The notes under the pieces were generated by a model that ran no database searches, was not told the DNA's origin, and saw only the letters and a program-made list of their open reading frames with translations. Shown here in pieces: positions 9,608 to 19,656 of a stretch of 64,000 nucleotides of DNA. The stretch is from Candidatus Iainarchaeum sp. (GTDB taxonomy: Archaea; Iainarchaeota; Iainarchaeia; Iainarchaeales; JAZDFD01), in NCBI GenBank assembly GCA_043808155.1, contig JAZDFD010000012.1:23822-87821 (forward strand), given 5' to 3'. How positions within the stretch are numbered: the stretch's first letter is position 1; each line of letters starts with the position of its first letter. The position numbers and the translations under genes were made by a program.

Positions 9608-10543
9608 TCAGCCCCAGAGCATTCCATAGTACATATTTTCCAGAATTAACATATACTCATTATTTTTAACATAGTATTCCGGAGGCATTGCATAGTATGC
9701 GATTTTCCCGCCAACACCTGACTTAACAATCATTGGCGAACTACTACCGATAAGGTCACCATCAAGTGTGTAAATATTACTCCCATAAGTTACTGAAAGA
9801 ACTTCCTCAGTCAATGTTCCCGAAAGTGCTTTAACCAGTCCGAAGTCTTCCTCCGGAACAATACTCAAAGTTCTGCTTGATGCAAATCCCTCAATTAATG
9901 GGTCACTTCTGCTGGGTTCAGGAATCAAAGTTCCAACATAAATTTTTCCTTCTGCATCCGGCACACAATTTTTCATTTCACAATAATTTCCAACATATTT
10001 TACTGAAAGAAGATTATCTAATGAAATAATATCTTCTCCCTGTTTTCTTGCCCATGGCCCTAATGCAGTATGTTCTGCCCCTTCTGTTTTTTCATCAGCA
10101 TAAAGCATTTCATCTCCTGGTCCTAATTCCGTTCCTGCATCACCTGTCCAGATTAATCTTCCACCTGTAGGGCCCATGGTATAGTCTATAAATGCACGCA
10201 TTTTCTCAGTTGACATTTCTCTTGCTTCCTCAACAATTACAAGATCATATTTTTTCAGATTTCCAACATTAACATTATCAACATGGCTCAAATAGGGGGT
10301 GACTCCAATTATGTTTGGATTTGACATGTATTGCTTTAATAACAGATGATCCCCTAATCCTTCATTCCCGTATACAATAAGCACTTTTGGTTGTCCCATT
10401 ATGCCCCAGTAAATATTGCACCATCCCGGAATTGTTTTGCATTTTACAACTCCACCCCATGTAAGCATGAAAAGCAGTGCAAATATCAGTACAAGAAGAA
10501 CTGCAACATGCAGGACATCTTTCATCATATCTTTTGAAACCAT
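9608..10543 (-). CDS. Membrane-anchored protein, paralogue of 8615-9466
   Basis: N-terminal TM; LKKYDLVIV, GGRLIWTGDAG, GGKIAYY. Confidence 0.55.
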   Translation of the reverse strand: MVSKDMMKDVLHVAVLLVLIFALLFMLTWGGVVKCKTIPGWCNIYWGIMGQPKVLIVYGNEGLGDHLLLKQYMSNPNIIGVTPYLSHVDNVNVGNLKKYDLVIVEEAREMSTEKMRAFIDYTMGPTGGRLIWTGDAGTELGPGDEMLYADEKTEGAEHTALGPWARKQGEDIISLDNLLSVKYVGNYCEMKNCVPDAEGKIYVGTLIPEPSRSDPLIEGFASSRTLSIVPEEDFGLVKALSGTLTEEVLSVTYGSNIYTLDGDLIGSSSPMIVKSGVGGKIAYYAMPPEYYVKNNEYMLILENMYYGMLWG

Positions 10544-10634
10544 TTTGACACCAATAACAATCTTTATATTCCTTCCCCTATTTATTAGATTTATATAAAC
10601 GAACTATATTAAAGTTCTCTTTTTTGGTGATATA

Positions 10635-10811
10635 ATGGTTAAATTAAGAAAAGGTCCTGGCGTCTCAAGCCCAAGTTCATCTTTGGGGATTATGAGATTC
10701 TTTGATGCAGACACAAAAGGACCCAAAATGTCCCCTGAGTTTGTGATTGCATTATCTTTAGGACTCATTTTAGTAGTTCTCGCAGCAAGATACTTTTTGG
10801 GATTGAATTAA
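10635..10811 (+). CDS. secG: Preprotein translocase subunit Sec61-beta
   Basis: Manual translation MVKLRKGPGVSSPSSSLGIMRFFDADTKGPKMSPEFVIALSLGLILVVLAARYFLGLN; GGTGA SD upstream. Confidence 0.88.
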   Translation: MVKLRKGPGVSSPSSSLGIMRFFDADTKGPKMSPEFVIALSLGLILVVLAARYFLGLN

Positions 10812-10814
10812 GAT

Positions 10815-13658
10815 TCACTTCTTAATCTCAATGTAAAAAGACCTTTCAAGAACTTTCTGCAGTTCACCCTGTTTTTCTGAAATTTTTGTGTTTGTTTCTT
10901 TTTCAATTAGGGTTTTCCATTTTTTCAAAAACATAGAGTCATCACTCCCTAAAAACAAATCAATTGTGTCATTAGGATTGAGTTTTTCTTCTTTTCTCAT
11001 TGACTGAATTCTTCTTACGAGTTCTCTGAATTCCCATTCTTGCTTCAATTCAGAATCTGCATCAATATTCAATACAAATTTAATTCCTGAAGCTTCACCT
11101 TCTGCATAATTTCCTGAAACACTTTCATGAACTCTGATTTTTTTCACATTAACCATGCTTGCAAGAACATGTTTCAGATTTGGAAATATGTCTTCTTTTG
11201 AAAGCACAACTAATTCTTTAAGCGGCCATCTCAGTCTCATTTTATGTTCTTCACGCAATGAAAGTGCACTTTGTGAAATTTCTCTTACTAAATTCATTTC
11301 TTTTTCCAGACTTTCATCTTTCAGTGCATCAAATGCTTTTGGAAAGGGAAGCATGTGAACTGATTCTGGAGACTTAGCTTTCTTCAAATACTGATAAATA
11401 TATTCTGAAATATGCGGAGTAACTGGTGCAAGGATTTTCATAAGTGTCTTAACAACAACACTCATTACTTTGCTTGCTTCTTCTCCGGTTTCAGTTCCAA
11501 TTCTGCCCCTTACTAATTTAATGTAAGTTCTGCTGAAATCTTCCAGAACAAAATCAGAAACTAATTTTGGAACTTTAAAATAAACATATGTTTCAAATGC
11601 ATTGTCACATTCTTCAACCAATGAATTTAACCTGCTCAAAATCCACTTATCTTCTGCCTGCAATTTTTTCATATTAACTTTTGCATCTAAATCCAAATTC
11701 ATGTAAAGTGCTGCAAAATTCATTGAGTTCCAGAAAATATTAAAGAATCTTGAAATGTCTTTGTAAATTTCCCAGTCAAAACCAAAGTCTTCCCCTCTTG
11801 AAGCCATTGTTAAATGGAATCGTAAATAATCTCTGTTGTGTTTTTCAAAAACTTCTGAAGGCTGAACATTGTTCCCTAAACTTTTACTCATTTTTTTCTT
11901 ATCTAAATCAGTAACCATTCCGTGAACCATGATATTTTTGAATGGTTTTTCATCAAATGAAATCACTGAATTTAATAACTCCGCATTCCACCATCCGCGT
12001 ACCTGCTCAGTTGCTTCAATGTTCAAATCAGCAGGCCAGTATTTTTTGAAAAGCTTGTCCCCTTTAGAATAATCCAATGCACCCCAGCTTGAAATCCCCG
12101 CATCAAACCAAACATCTAATGTTTCTTTAACGCGTGTCATAGTCCCTCCGCATTTGCAGGGAATTGTAATTTCATCAATGAAAGGTTTGTGCAATTCTAA
12201 ATCTTTAGGAACTTTTGTCTTCTCTTTAAGCTCTTTTAGCGAACCAATAACAACCTGTTCTCCGCACTCACAAATCCAGATTGGGCACGGCGCACCCCAA
12301 TATCTTTCACGCGTAACTGGCCAGTCATTCAAAGTATCTAACCAGTCATGCATTCTGTCTTCCATCCAGCTTGGTACCCAGTTAACTTCCTGATTCAAAT
12401 CAACTGCTTTTTTCTGGATGCTTTCAACTTTCAAAAACCACTGAGGAATTGAAACCATCAGTAACGGACTTTTACAACGCCAGCAAATTGGGTAATCATG
12501 TGTATAAGGATGTTTGTAAATTAAGTTTCCTGATTCTTCTAAATCAGAAACAATTTCTTTATCAACTTCTCTTGCTTTCTTTCCTGCATATTTTCCAGTT
12601 TCTTCTGTTAACTCACCGTTAATTTTCACAGGGCAGTACGCTGGCAAACCTGTTTCTCTGCCAACTGTAAAATCTTCTTTACCATGTCCTGGTGCAGTAT
12701 GAACCAAACCAGTTCCGTCTTCAACATTAACAAATCTTGCACTTAACACAACTCTGTTCGCATTTTCAAATTCAGGACGCTTCATGTGTTTTTCTAATGG
12801 GTTTTCATATCTCCAGCCTTCCAATTCTTTTCCTGGAAATTCTCTTTTCACAACATAACCTGCTTCTATTGCTTCCATTAATTTCTGCAGTAATTCTTTT
12901 GCCATAATCCATGTTTCACCCATCACTTCAACTTCAACATATGTTTCAGTCGGGTGAACCATCACACCTGTGTTGCCTGGTAGCGTCCACGGAGTAGTAG
13001 TCCAAATCAATAAGAAGGTTTTTTCTTTTCCCATAACCGGAAATTTAAAATAAATTGAATTATCTGTTTGTTTTGTATATTCAATCTCATTATATGCAAC
13101 TGCAGTTGCACATCTCGGACAAACATGAACAGGATATGTCCCTTTGTATAACAAACCTTTTTCCTCTGCTTTTTTAAAAGTCCACCAGATTGATTCTATA
13201 TATTCATTATTAAGTGTCAAATATGGATTTTCCCAGTCCATCCAGACTCCCAAATCTGCAAACTCATCATTCATTGTGCCAATGAATTTTGTTGCATACT
13301 CCCTGCACTTTTCAACAAACTTTCCAACGCCGTAATTTTCAATATCGTGTTTTCCTCTAAATCCTAATTCTTTTTCAACCTGAAATTCAATTGGCATTCC
13401 ATGGCAATCATAACCTGGTCTGTCAAACACGTCACGACCGTTCATTCTCCAGTATCTGATTGCAACATCCTTCAGAATTTTATTTAATGCAGTTCCCATG
13501 TGAATGTGACCTGTTGCATACGGCGGGCCGTCCATGAAATAAAAAGTTTTTTCAGCACTGTCATTCATGTGCCTGACTTTATTTGCAATGTCATGTTTAT
13601 CCCAGAAGTCTTTCACTTCTTTTTCCTTTTCCTTATTGTATGCTTCTAATGTTTTCAT
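10815..13658 (-). CDS. ileS: Isoleucyl-tRNA synthetase (archaeal type)
   Basis: DGPPYATGHIHMGT, WTTTPWTLP, GTGLVHTAPGHG, KMSKS. Confidence 0.96.
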   Translation of the reverse strand: MKTLEAYNKEKEKEVKDFWDKHDIANKVRHMNDSAEKTFYFMDGPPYATGHIHMGTALNKILKDVAIRYWRMNGRDVFDRPGYDCHGMPIEFQVEKELGFRGKHDIENYGVGKFVEKCREYATKFIGTMNDEFADLGVWMDWENPYLTLNNEYIESIWWTFKKAEEKGLLYKGTYPVHVCPRCATAVAYNEIEYTKQTDNSIYFKFPVMGKEKTFLLIWTTTPWTLPGNTGVMVHPTETYVEVEVMGETWIMAKELLQKLMEAIEAGYVVKREFPGKELEGWRYENPLEKHMKRPEFENANRVVLSARFVNVEDGTGLVHTAPGHGKEDFTVGRETGLPAYCPVKINGELTEETGKYAGKKAREVDKEIVSDLEESGNLIYKHPYTHDYPICWRCKSPLLMVSIPQWFLKVESIQKKAVDLNQEVNWVPSWMEDRMHDWLDTLNDWPVTRERYWGAPCPIWICECGEQVVIGSLKELKEKTKVPKDLELHKPFIDEITIPCKCGGTMTRVKETLDVWFDAGISSWGALDYSKGDKLFKKYWPADLNIEATEQVRGWWNAELLNSVISFDEKPFKNIMVHGMVTDLDKKKMSKSLGNNVQPSEVFEKHNRDYLRFHLTMASRGEDFGFDWEIYKDISRFFNIFWNSMNFAALYMNLDLDAKVNMKKLQAEDKWILSRLNSLVEECDNAFETYVYFKVPKLVSDFVLEDFSRTYIKLVRGRIGTETGEEASKVMSVVVKTLMKILAPVTPHISEYIYQYLKKAKSPESVHMLPFPKAFDALKDESLEKEMNLVREISQSALSLREEHKMRLRWPLKELVVLSKEDIFPNLKHVLASMVNVKKIRVHESVSGNYAEGEASGIKFVLNIDADSELKQEWEFRELVRRIQSMRKEEKLNPNDTIDLFLGSDDSMFLKKWKTLIEKETNTKISEKQGELQKVLERSFYIEIKK

Positions 13659-13672
13659 TCTATCACTCTCAT

Positions 13673-13703
13673 ATTACCGCAGGGTTGAAAACCCTGCACA
13701 TAT
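13673..13703 (+). repeat. ATTAYCG-hairpin-CACRTAT element, copy B
   Basis: ATTACCG CAGGGTT GAA AACCCTG CACATAT. Confidence 0.75.
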
Positions 13704-13729
13704 TGCGGACCATCCGTACGCAATTGGAT

Positions 13730-13803
13730 TGGGCATGGGAGGATTTGAACCCCCGACCCTTGGTGTATAAGACCAATGCTCTGCCAGACTAAGCTACATG
13801 CCC
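13730..13803 (-). tRNA. tRNA-Ile (anticodon UAU), intronless, CCA not encoded
   Basis: Cloverleaf: acceptor GGGCATG/CATGCCC, D stem GCTT/GAGC, anticodon stem TTGGT/ACCAA with loop CT-TAT-AC, T loop TTCAAAT, discriminator A. Confidence 0.93.
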
Positions 13804-13891
13804 ACAAGGCCACAACCTTGAATTGCAACCCATACTCACTTTGTTCATATGGGTTTTGCTCACTTCGTTTGCACACGCTCCTCGAGTGCGA

Positions 13892-13930
13892 ATACGTGCG
13901 ATATTTCGCTTTGCTCAATATCGCGGTAAT
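13892..13930 (-). repeat. ATTAYCG-hairpin-CACRTAT element, copy C
   Basis: Minus strand ATTACCG CGATATT GAGCAAAGCGA AATATCG CACGTAT. Confidence 0.75.
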
Positions 13931-14095
13931 ATTCCTATAACCCGAGCTTAAAGCGCAATTAAAATTAGAATTAGAAATATGTTTAAATAGATGATTAATC
14001 TGTTTCCGGGTGAATCCGCTGCCCGAGTATTTGATAACACCTTCTGGTAGTCATGAATTATTCCTTCTATGAATGGTTTTTAAAGCTAACCATGT

Positions 14096-14635
14096 TTACC
14101 CAACAGTTTCAAAAATATCAACCAATTTCTCAACATCTCTTTTAAGAGCTTCAAAATCAGAATTATTTTCAATTTCTTCATCTGCAGAGTCAATTACTTT
14201 TCCAAGTCCTTTATTTTTAACATCTCTCTCATCACGCGCAAAGAATTCAACTCTGTCTTGTGCATCCTGTGAATTTTTCCTGTCAAATCTTTTATCACTT
14301 TCAGCAACAACTCTCACGAGAACACATTTTTCCAGATACTTTTTTAAATATTCAACCTCTTCCAATGAACGTGCACCAACAAAAACTGCTTTTTCTGCGT
14401 TCGTATTTTTTGCTTTCTCAAAAACTAACTGTGCAACAACATCCATTCCTCTTTCTGTTCTAAGTTCATCTCCGACTTGGGAAAGATTCATTTTTGTAAG
14501 TTCAAGATTTTGTTTTCTTAATTCATCAAACAAACAGTCACTGAAAACAAAAATATCATAACCAAAATCATGCAGCATTTTTGCAACAGTATCTTTTCCG
14601 CTTCTGGCTAAACCCGTAATTATAATTCCATTCAT
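14096..14635 (-). CDS. Nucleoside-monophosphate/dephospho-CoA-kinase-like P-loop protein (UPF0200-like)
   Basis: ITGLARSGKDT, GARSLEE, RDERD...GLGKVI..AD. Confidence 0.8.
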   Translation of the reverse strand: MNGIIITGLARSGKDTVAKMLHDFGYDIFVFSDCLFDELRKQNLELTKMNLSQVGDELRTERGMDVVAQLVFEKAKNTNAEKAVFVGARSLEEVEYLKKYLEKCVLVRVVAESDKRFDRKNSQDAQDRVEFFARDERDVKNKGLGKVIDSADEEIENNSDFEALKRDVEKLVDIFETVG

Positions 14636-14802
14636 TTTCTCACTTTATAAAAAAGCCCACACATCCTTTTATACTTTCTGGACAGGGGACTGCCCCCTTG
14701 TTACGCTATTTCACTAAAGTGAAATGCGCCTATTTCAACTTTGTTGAAATCGGGACCCCTGAAATTGTTACTCAATAAAAAGAATAAAAAAGAAAAAGGA
14801 AT

Positions 14803-14842
14803 ATTACCGAGACATTGAGCAAAACGAAAATGTCTCACATAT
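14803..14842 (+). repeat. ATTAYCG-hairpin-CACRTAT element, copy D
   Basis: ATTACCG AGACATT GAGCAAAACGAA AATGTCT CACATAT. Confidence 0.75.
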
Positions 14843-14870
14843 CTCGGTACGTCCGGTCGAAAACGGACGG

Positions 14871-16523
14871 TTACATCATTGGAGGCATTCCGCCGCCCAT
14901 GCCACCTGACATGTCTGGCATTCTGCCTTTTCCAGTTCCTAAGATGATATCATCAATTCGAAGTATCATTTCAGCAACTTCAGTTGCGGAAGTAACTGCC
15001 TGTGTTTTAACTCTTAAAGGTTCAACAACATTCAGTTTTCTCATGTCTGCATATCCTGCATTGTAAACATCAATACCGATATACTTTCCTTCCTTACCTT
15101 TGTGCTTACTTCTCAAGTTCACAATTGAATCAAGCGGATCCATACCTGCAGTTTCTGCAAGAGTTCTTGGAATTTCTTCCAGTGTATCTGCAAATGCTTC
15201 AACTGCTAATTGTTCTTTTCCGCCAACTGTGCTTGCGTATGCTCTAAGTTTCATTGCAACTTCAACTTCAATTGAACCCCCGCCTGAAACTATTTTTCCT
15301 TCTCTTAATGCAGTGGTTGTTGAACCGATTGCATCTTTCAAAGCTCTTTCAGCTTCATCTACAACGTGTGCTGTTCCGCCGCGTACTAAAACTGAAACTG
15401 CTTTAGGATTTTTGCATCCTTCAACAAAGACCATGTCATCGCCTGAAACTTTATCTTCGTAAACTGATGCTGCGTTTCCCAAATCAGATTTTGTTAAGTC
15501 CTTAATTCTTGAAACAACTTTTGCACCTGTTGCTCTTGCTAATGCATCCATGTCAGATTTCTTAACTCTTCTAACAGCTGCAATTCTTTCTTTTGCTAAG
15601 AAGTGCTGTGCAACATCATCAATTCCTTTCTGGCACATTACAACATTTGCACCTGATGCTTTAATTGTTGCAACCATGTCTCTGAGCATTCTTTCTTCCT
15701 GATCTAAAAATGCCTGTAGCTGTTCAGGTGTTGAAATCTCAACTTTTGTGTCTGTTTCGGGACCCTTGATTTCAAGTGCTGCATCAATTAATGCAATTTT
15801 TGCATTGTTTGTTCTTTTCGGCATTCCGCTGTGAACAAATTCTTTGTCAATAACAATTCCTTTGATGAGTTTGCTGTCTTTCAAAGAGCCACCGCTCTTT
15901 TTCTCAAGCTTTATGTTGTCTGCATCAATGTACATTTTTCCGTTTTCTTCATCTGCAACCATTAAAACTGCGTTAACAACAAGCTCTGATAATTCAGCTG
16001 CTGATTCTGAAGCCTTTCCTGTCATTGAAGTTAATGCAATATTCTTCAGAGTTTTTTTGTCAGTGTATGCAACTTTGTCTGCTGTGTATTCTAAAATTTC
16101 AATTGCTTTTTTTGATGCCATTCTGTAACCCTTTATGATAACACTTGGGTGAATTTCATCATCAAGCAAATTTTCTGCTCTCTTCAGAAGTCCGCCTGCA
16201 AGTACAACTGCAGTTGTTGTTCCGTCACCGCATTCACTGTCCTGTGTTTTTGCAACTTCAACCATCATCTTCCCTACTGGGTGATCAATTGAAATTTCAC
16301 TTAAAATTGTTGCACCATCATTTGTGATTATTACATCACCTAAATCATCAACAATCATTTTGTCCATTCCTTTAGGACCTAGTGTACTTTTCACTGCATT
16401 AGCTACTGCCTTTGCAATCAAAAGATTGATTCTTTGTGCATCTCTGCCTCTGGTTCTTTTTGTGCCGTCTGACATGAAAACCCCAGATTGCTGTTGTTCT
16501 GACATATTATCATTCCTCCACAT
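14871..16523 (-). CDS. ths: Thermosome (group II chaperonin) subunit
   Basis: [26 protein letters not shown]-rich tail. Confidence 0.96.
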   Translation of the reverse strand: MWRNDNMSEQQQSGVFMSDGTKRTRGRDAQRINLLIAKAVANAVKSTLGPKGMDKMIVDDLGDVIITNDGATILSEISIDHPVGKMMVEVAKTQDSECGDGTTTAVVLAGGLLKRAENLLDDEIHPSVIIKGYRMASKKAIEILEYTADKVAYTDKKTLKNIALTSMTGKASESAAELSELVVNAVLMVADEENGKMYIDADNIKLEKKSGGSLKDSKLIKGIVIDKEFVHSGMPKRTNNAKIALIDAALEIKGPETDTKVEISTPEQLQAFLDQEERMLRDMVATIKASGANVVMCQKGIDDVAQHFLAKERIAAVRRVKKSDMDALARATGAKVVSRIKDLTKSDLGNAASVYEDKVSGDDMVFVEGCKNPKAVSVLVRGGTAHVVDEAERALKDAIGSTTTALREGKIVSGGGSIEVEVAMKLRAYASTVGGKEQLAVEAFADTLEEIPRTLAETAGMDPLDSIVNLRSKHKGKEGKYIGIDVYNAGYADMRKLNVVEPLRVKTQAVTSATEVAEMILRIDDIILGTGKGRMPDMSGGMGGGMPPMM

Positions 16524-16672
16524 ATAAGCGCTCTATGGGTCTTAAACCCCAAAATAAGCTTCTTAATACATTATTGATGGATATGAATGTTTATAAACCT
16601 ACACTTCTTGATGGATATACATGTAAGGTCTCAATAGAAGATAGTAAGCAAAATAGGTGAAAAACCTTTATA

Positions 16673-16804
16673 TTATTTACGTTTTGCTTTCAGAAGCCCC
16701 AGTATGATTTGCTCGTAGGTTTCGCCCTTTTTTCCCAATTCTTTGAGTTTATCCCTCGTTTGAGGGCTCATCTGTATGGTTGTAACACCTTTTGTGTATG
16801 GCAT
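16673..16804 (-). CDS. Small RHH/antitoxin-like DNA-binding protein (43 aa)
   Basis: Manual translation MPYTKGVTTIQMSPQTRDKLKELGKKGETYEQIILGLLKAKRK; same TTIQ...ETY pattern as 35362-35616. Confidence 0.7.
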   Translation of the reverse strand: MPYTKGVTTIQMSPQTRDKLKELGKKGETYEQIILGLLKAKRK

Positions 16805-16937
16805 AGTGCTATATAAGGGCTGTAGGTGTATATATTTGTTTCGTTTTTATTGGTTCAAACTTAATCTACGCCTTTTCTTTGTGCCAAGCTTCACCTGCAA
16901 AAACTATATATAGCTCTTTTGCGTTTGATTATAGTGG

Positions 16938-17681
16938 ATGACTCACCCTATTTTGGAGAAAAAAATCAAGTTCGCGTTGAATGATTTAGTGAAGAAAAGG
17001 CACACGTTTTCTTTGGATGAAGTAAATGAGTATCTTGAACCCGAAAACAGAATGGATTTTAAGGATATTTTTGAAATAGCTCATCCTATTCTGCAGAAAA
17101 TGAATGTTTCATGGCATGGTGCAGCAACCCCTCCATGCATAATGATTTCTGCTGATGAATCCTTCATTGCCAAGGTCCATGTTGTTCAACAGCATTTCCC
17201 TGATTTTATGGGCGAGGGGGAGTGGAGCGCAATTGTTGAATTGTTTAAGGAAAAAGGTGACGTCAAATGGGCTAAGATTTTAGGCGGCTTGCTTGCCGAG
17301 TATATGAAAAGAAATCCTGAGTTAAAAAAGGTTGATTTTATTTCCCCAGTTCCTTGCGATAGGGGAACCATAGAGAGTTTAGGCTATGATCCCAACATGC
17401 TGCTTGCCGCTGAAATTATTAAAGAAACAAACATTCCTGCAATAAAAGTTTTTTCAAAGACACAAAAAACTAATTTTTGCAAAATGAAGTCGTTGAACGA
17501 AAAAGAAGAATTGGTTAAAAATACTTTTATTTTGATTAATGAGGATTTGATTAGAGAAAAACATGTTTTGCTGCTGGATGACATTATGAATTCCGGGGCA
17601 ACAATAAAACAGTTAACTGGAATGCTTGAAAGAGCCGAAGCAAAAAAAACAGACGTGCTTGTATTAAGCCAAAACCGCTAA
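16938..17681 (+). CDS. ComF-like phosphoribosyltransferase-domain protein
   Basis: SPVP...GYD..MLLA; PRPP loop VLLLDDIMNSGAT. Confidence 0.8.
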   Translation: MTHPILEKKIKFALNDLVKKRHTFSLDEVNEYLEPENRMDFKDIFEIAHPILQKMNVSWHGAATPPCIMISADESFIAKVHVVQQHFPDFMGEGEWSAIVELFKEKGDVKWAKILGGLLAEYMKRNPELKKVDFISPVPCDRGTIESLGYDPNMLLAAEIIKETNIPAIKVFSKTQKTNFCKMKSLNEKEELVKNTFILINEDLIREKHVLLLDDIMNSGATIKQLTGMLERAEAKKTDVLVLSQNR

Positions 17682-17690
17682 ATCTTTTAA

Positions 17691-18056
17691 CTAAGTTTTT
17701 TTCAAGTATTCTTCCAAAATTTTTACTCTGCTACTTTTTGGTAATTTTTCTTTTTTTGAATAAAGCAGTTCAGCTTTTTTAAAGGGTTTTATTTCTTTTA
17801 ACTCGTTTTGAATTTGAATTGCTGTTTCTTCCAGGGCATTGATTCTTGAATAAATGTTTTCTTGCTGGTTTTTTAACCCGTTGATTTCTGCCAAAAAATC
17901 ATTGTTTTGTAAACTGCCTGTTTTTTGGTTTTTTAAAAGAGTTGTTTCAAAACCAGCGTTTGCCTTTTTATTCTTTTTTTCGGCAAACCAGAGCACAGCG
18001 TTTGCTGAGCCAAACAAGCCAATTAAAACTAACAAAAAAATGGTTATTGCAGACAT
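17691..18056 (-). CDS. Membrane-anchored coiled-coil hypothetical protein
   Basis: N-terminal TM, heptad region, G-rich SD upstream. Confidence 0.6.
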   Translation of the reverse strand: MSAITIFLLVLIGLFGSANAVLWFAEKKNKKANAGFETTLLKNQKTGSLQNNDFLAEINGLKNQQENIYSRINALEETAIQIQNELKEIKPFKKAELLYSKKEKLPKSSRVKILEEYLKKT

Positions 18057-18140
18057 AGTACCCCCCCTCCCGCAATATAATTAAAAGAGGCGAATCCTTT
18101 AAATAGCTTATTAATTTGTTAAGGTTAATGCATTATTTTT

Positions 18141-18239
18141 TTACTTTTTGCTCTTTCCATAATAGAATTCGGCAATGTATCTGTCCATTTGCTGCGCAAA
18201 AGCCTTAAACTTTTCCTGTAATCCCTTAACTGAACTCAA
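18141..18239 (-). CDS. 32-aa microprotein resembling the C-terminus of the GvpC-like protein
   Basis: TTG start 5 nt after an AGGTGA SD; MSSVKGLQEKFKAFAQQMDRYIAEFYYGKSKK. Confidence 0.55.
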   Translation of the reverse strand: MSSVKGLQEKFKAFAQQMDRYIAEFYYGKSKK

Positions 18240-18244
18240 TCCAC

Positions 18245-19015
18245 TCACCTGCGCCTTGCCAAAAACGTGTTAAATCTATCCATAATGGATGTCTTTTCCT
18301 CGTATTTTTTCCCAATTAATGTAGCGGCAATTTGTTTAAACGCATAAGCAGCCGGAGAAAAAGGGTAAAGCGTTACAACAGGCTGCCCAAAAGAAACAGA
18401 GCTCGCCACCAACGAGTCTTCAGGCACTTTCCCCAAAATTTTAATATTTCCCATGATCAAAACAATTTCCTCATCAGTTAGCTCGTGCTTGAATCTTCCG
18501 CTCCTGTTAATTATTACTCCCGCGATTTCTACTCCAAGATCTTGGGCAATCTGAATAGTTTTGCTCGCATCAGCCAACGAGGGCAATTCAGGGTTCAGGA
18601 CAATAATCGCATTTTCACTTGCCTTAAGAGCATTAATTACTTCAACCCCCAAGCCGGGAGCGCAGTCAATTAAAGTCAAATCGTTGTTTGCTTCAATTTT
18701 TTTAATCAGTTTCTTAAATTTTTTTGGTTCAAATCCCTGAAGGCTTTCAACGCCGAATGCAGCCGGAATCACTCTGACGCGTGGTTTCAATAAATAGGTT
18801 GCTTTCTCTATTCCGGCTTCTCCTCTAATTACGTCATTCAATGTTTTCACTTCTACCGGAATCTTTAAATGCAGTGCAATATTGGGCGTGGGCAAATTAG
18901 CATCAACAATAGTTATATCCTTTCCAAACATCCCTAATGCCACACCTAAATTGATTGTTGTGCAGGTTTTTCCAACACCGCCTTTTCCACTGCAGATTAA
19001 AAAACTTTTATTCAT
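18245..19015 (-). CDS. minD: MinD/ParA-family ATPase
   Basis: Deviant Walker A SGKGGVGKT, IDCAPGLG, GVIINR, C-terminal amphipathic SIMDRFNTFLARRR. Confidence 0.88.
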   Translation of the reverse strand: MNKSFLICSGKGGVGKTCTTINLGVALGMFGKDITIVDANLPTPNIALHLKIPVEVKTLNDVIRGEAGIEKATYLLKPRVRVIPAAFGVESLQGFEPKKFKKLIKKIEANNDLTLIDCAPGLGVEVINALKASENAIIVLNPELPSLADASKTIQIAQDLGVEIAGVIINRSGRFKHELTDEEIVLIMGNIKILGKVPEDSLVASSVSFGQPVVTLYPFSPAAYAFKQIAATLIGKKYEEKTSIMDRFNTFLARRR

Positions 19016-19639
19016 TCAAAATCTCCTAAGCTTTTTCAATTTTTCTTCTAATTCCTTAAATCTCTTTGCACTCCAATTAAATTCTTCTTCCTCTTTTGTT
19101 TTGGGGATTGAAATTTCAGTGTAATGCCCGATAATAGTAGCTGTTTCAACAGGCTTTTTTTCTTTCTCAACTTTTTCAATTTTTGGTTTTTCTTCCGGCA
19201 AAGATTCTTTTAAAATAGCGGCAACTAATTCTTTTTCTTTTTCAACAGGCTTAACAGCTTTCGTCTTAACCTTTGGCTTTAATTTTATTCTCTGGTTTTT
19301 AATTTTTTTCTTTTTTTCTCTTTTAACTTCTTTTTTTAATTCTGCTGCGACAGCTTTAACTTTTTCCTCAACAGCTTTAACTGGTTTTTCTATTTTCTCT
19401 TCAACCTTTTCAGTAACAGCAGCTATTTCTGGAATTTTTACATCAAATTTGGCTGCTCTTCTGTTCCATTTTGCTGTACGTTTTTCTGCCCAAGTATCCG
19501 TCCTTGCCTTTCTTCTGGCATGCCTAAAAGCATGTTTTTCTGCCCAAGTATCCGTCCTTGCCTTTCTTCTGGCATCCCTTGCAGCATCATTTCTCTCAAT
19601 TTTCGCATGATGCAAATCAATTTTTCTCTCCAAATCCAT
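19016..19639 (-). CDS. Highly charged low-complexity protein with an internal ARRKARTDTWAEK repeat
   Basis: Stop codon abuts the minD ATG; 42-bp perfect repeat at 19480-19521 and 19534-19575. Confidence 0.65.
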   Translation of the reverse strand: MDLERKIDLHHAKIERNDAARDARRKARTDTWAEKHAFRHARRKARTDTWAEKRTAKWNRRAAKFDVKIPEIAAVTEKVEEKIEKPVKAVEEKVKAVAAELKKEVKREKKKKIKNQRIKLKPKVKTKAVKPVEKEKELVAAILKESLPEEKPKIEKVEKEKKPVETATIIGHYTEISIPKTKEEEEFNWSAKRFKELEEKLKKLRRF

Positions 19640-19656
19640 ACATATCACGTGTAAAT

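Noticed and set aside
13655-13918. 87-aa ORF upstream of ileS
   Set aside because: Runs through the tRNA gene and hairpin elements
13659-13930. T-box riboswitch for ileS
   Set aside because: No T-box consensus seen; T-boxes are bacterial; the structure is explained by a true tRNA plus repeat elements
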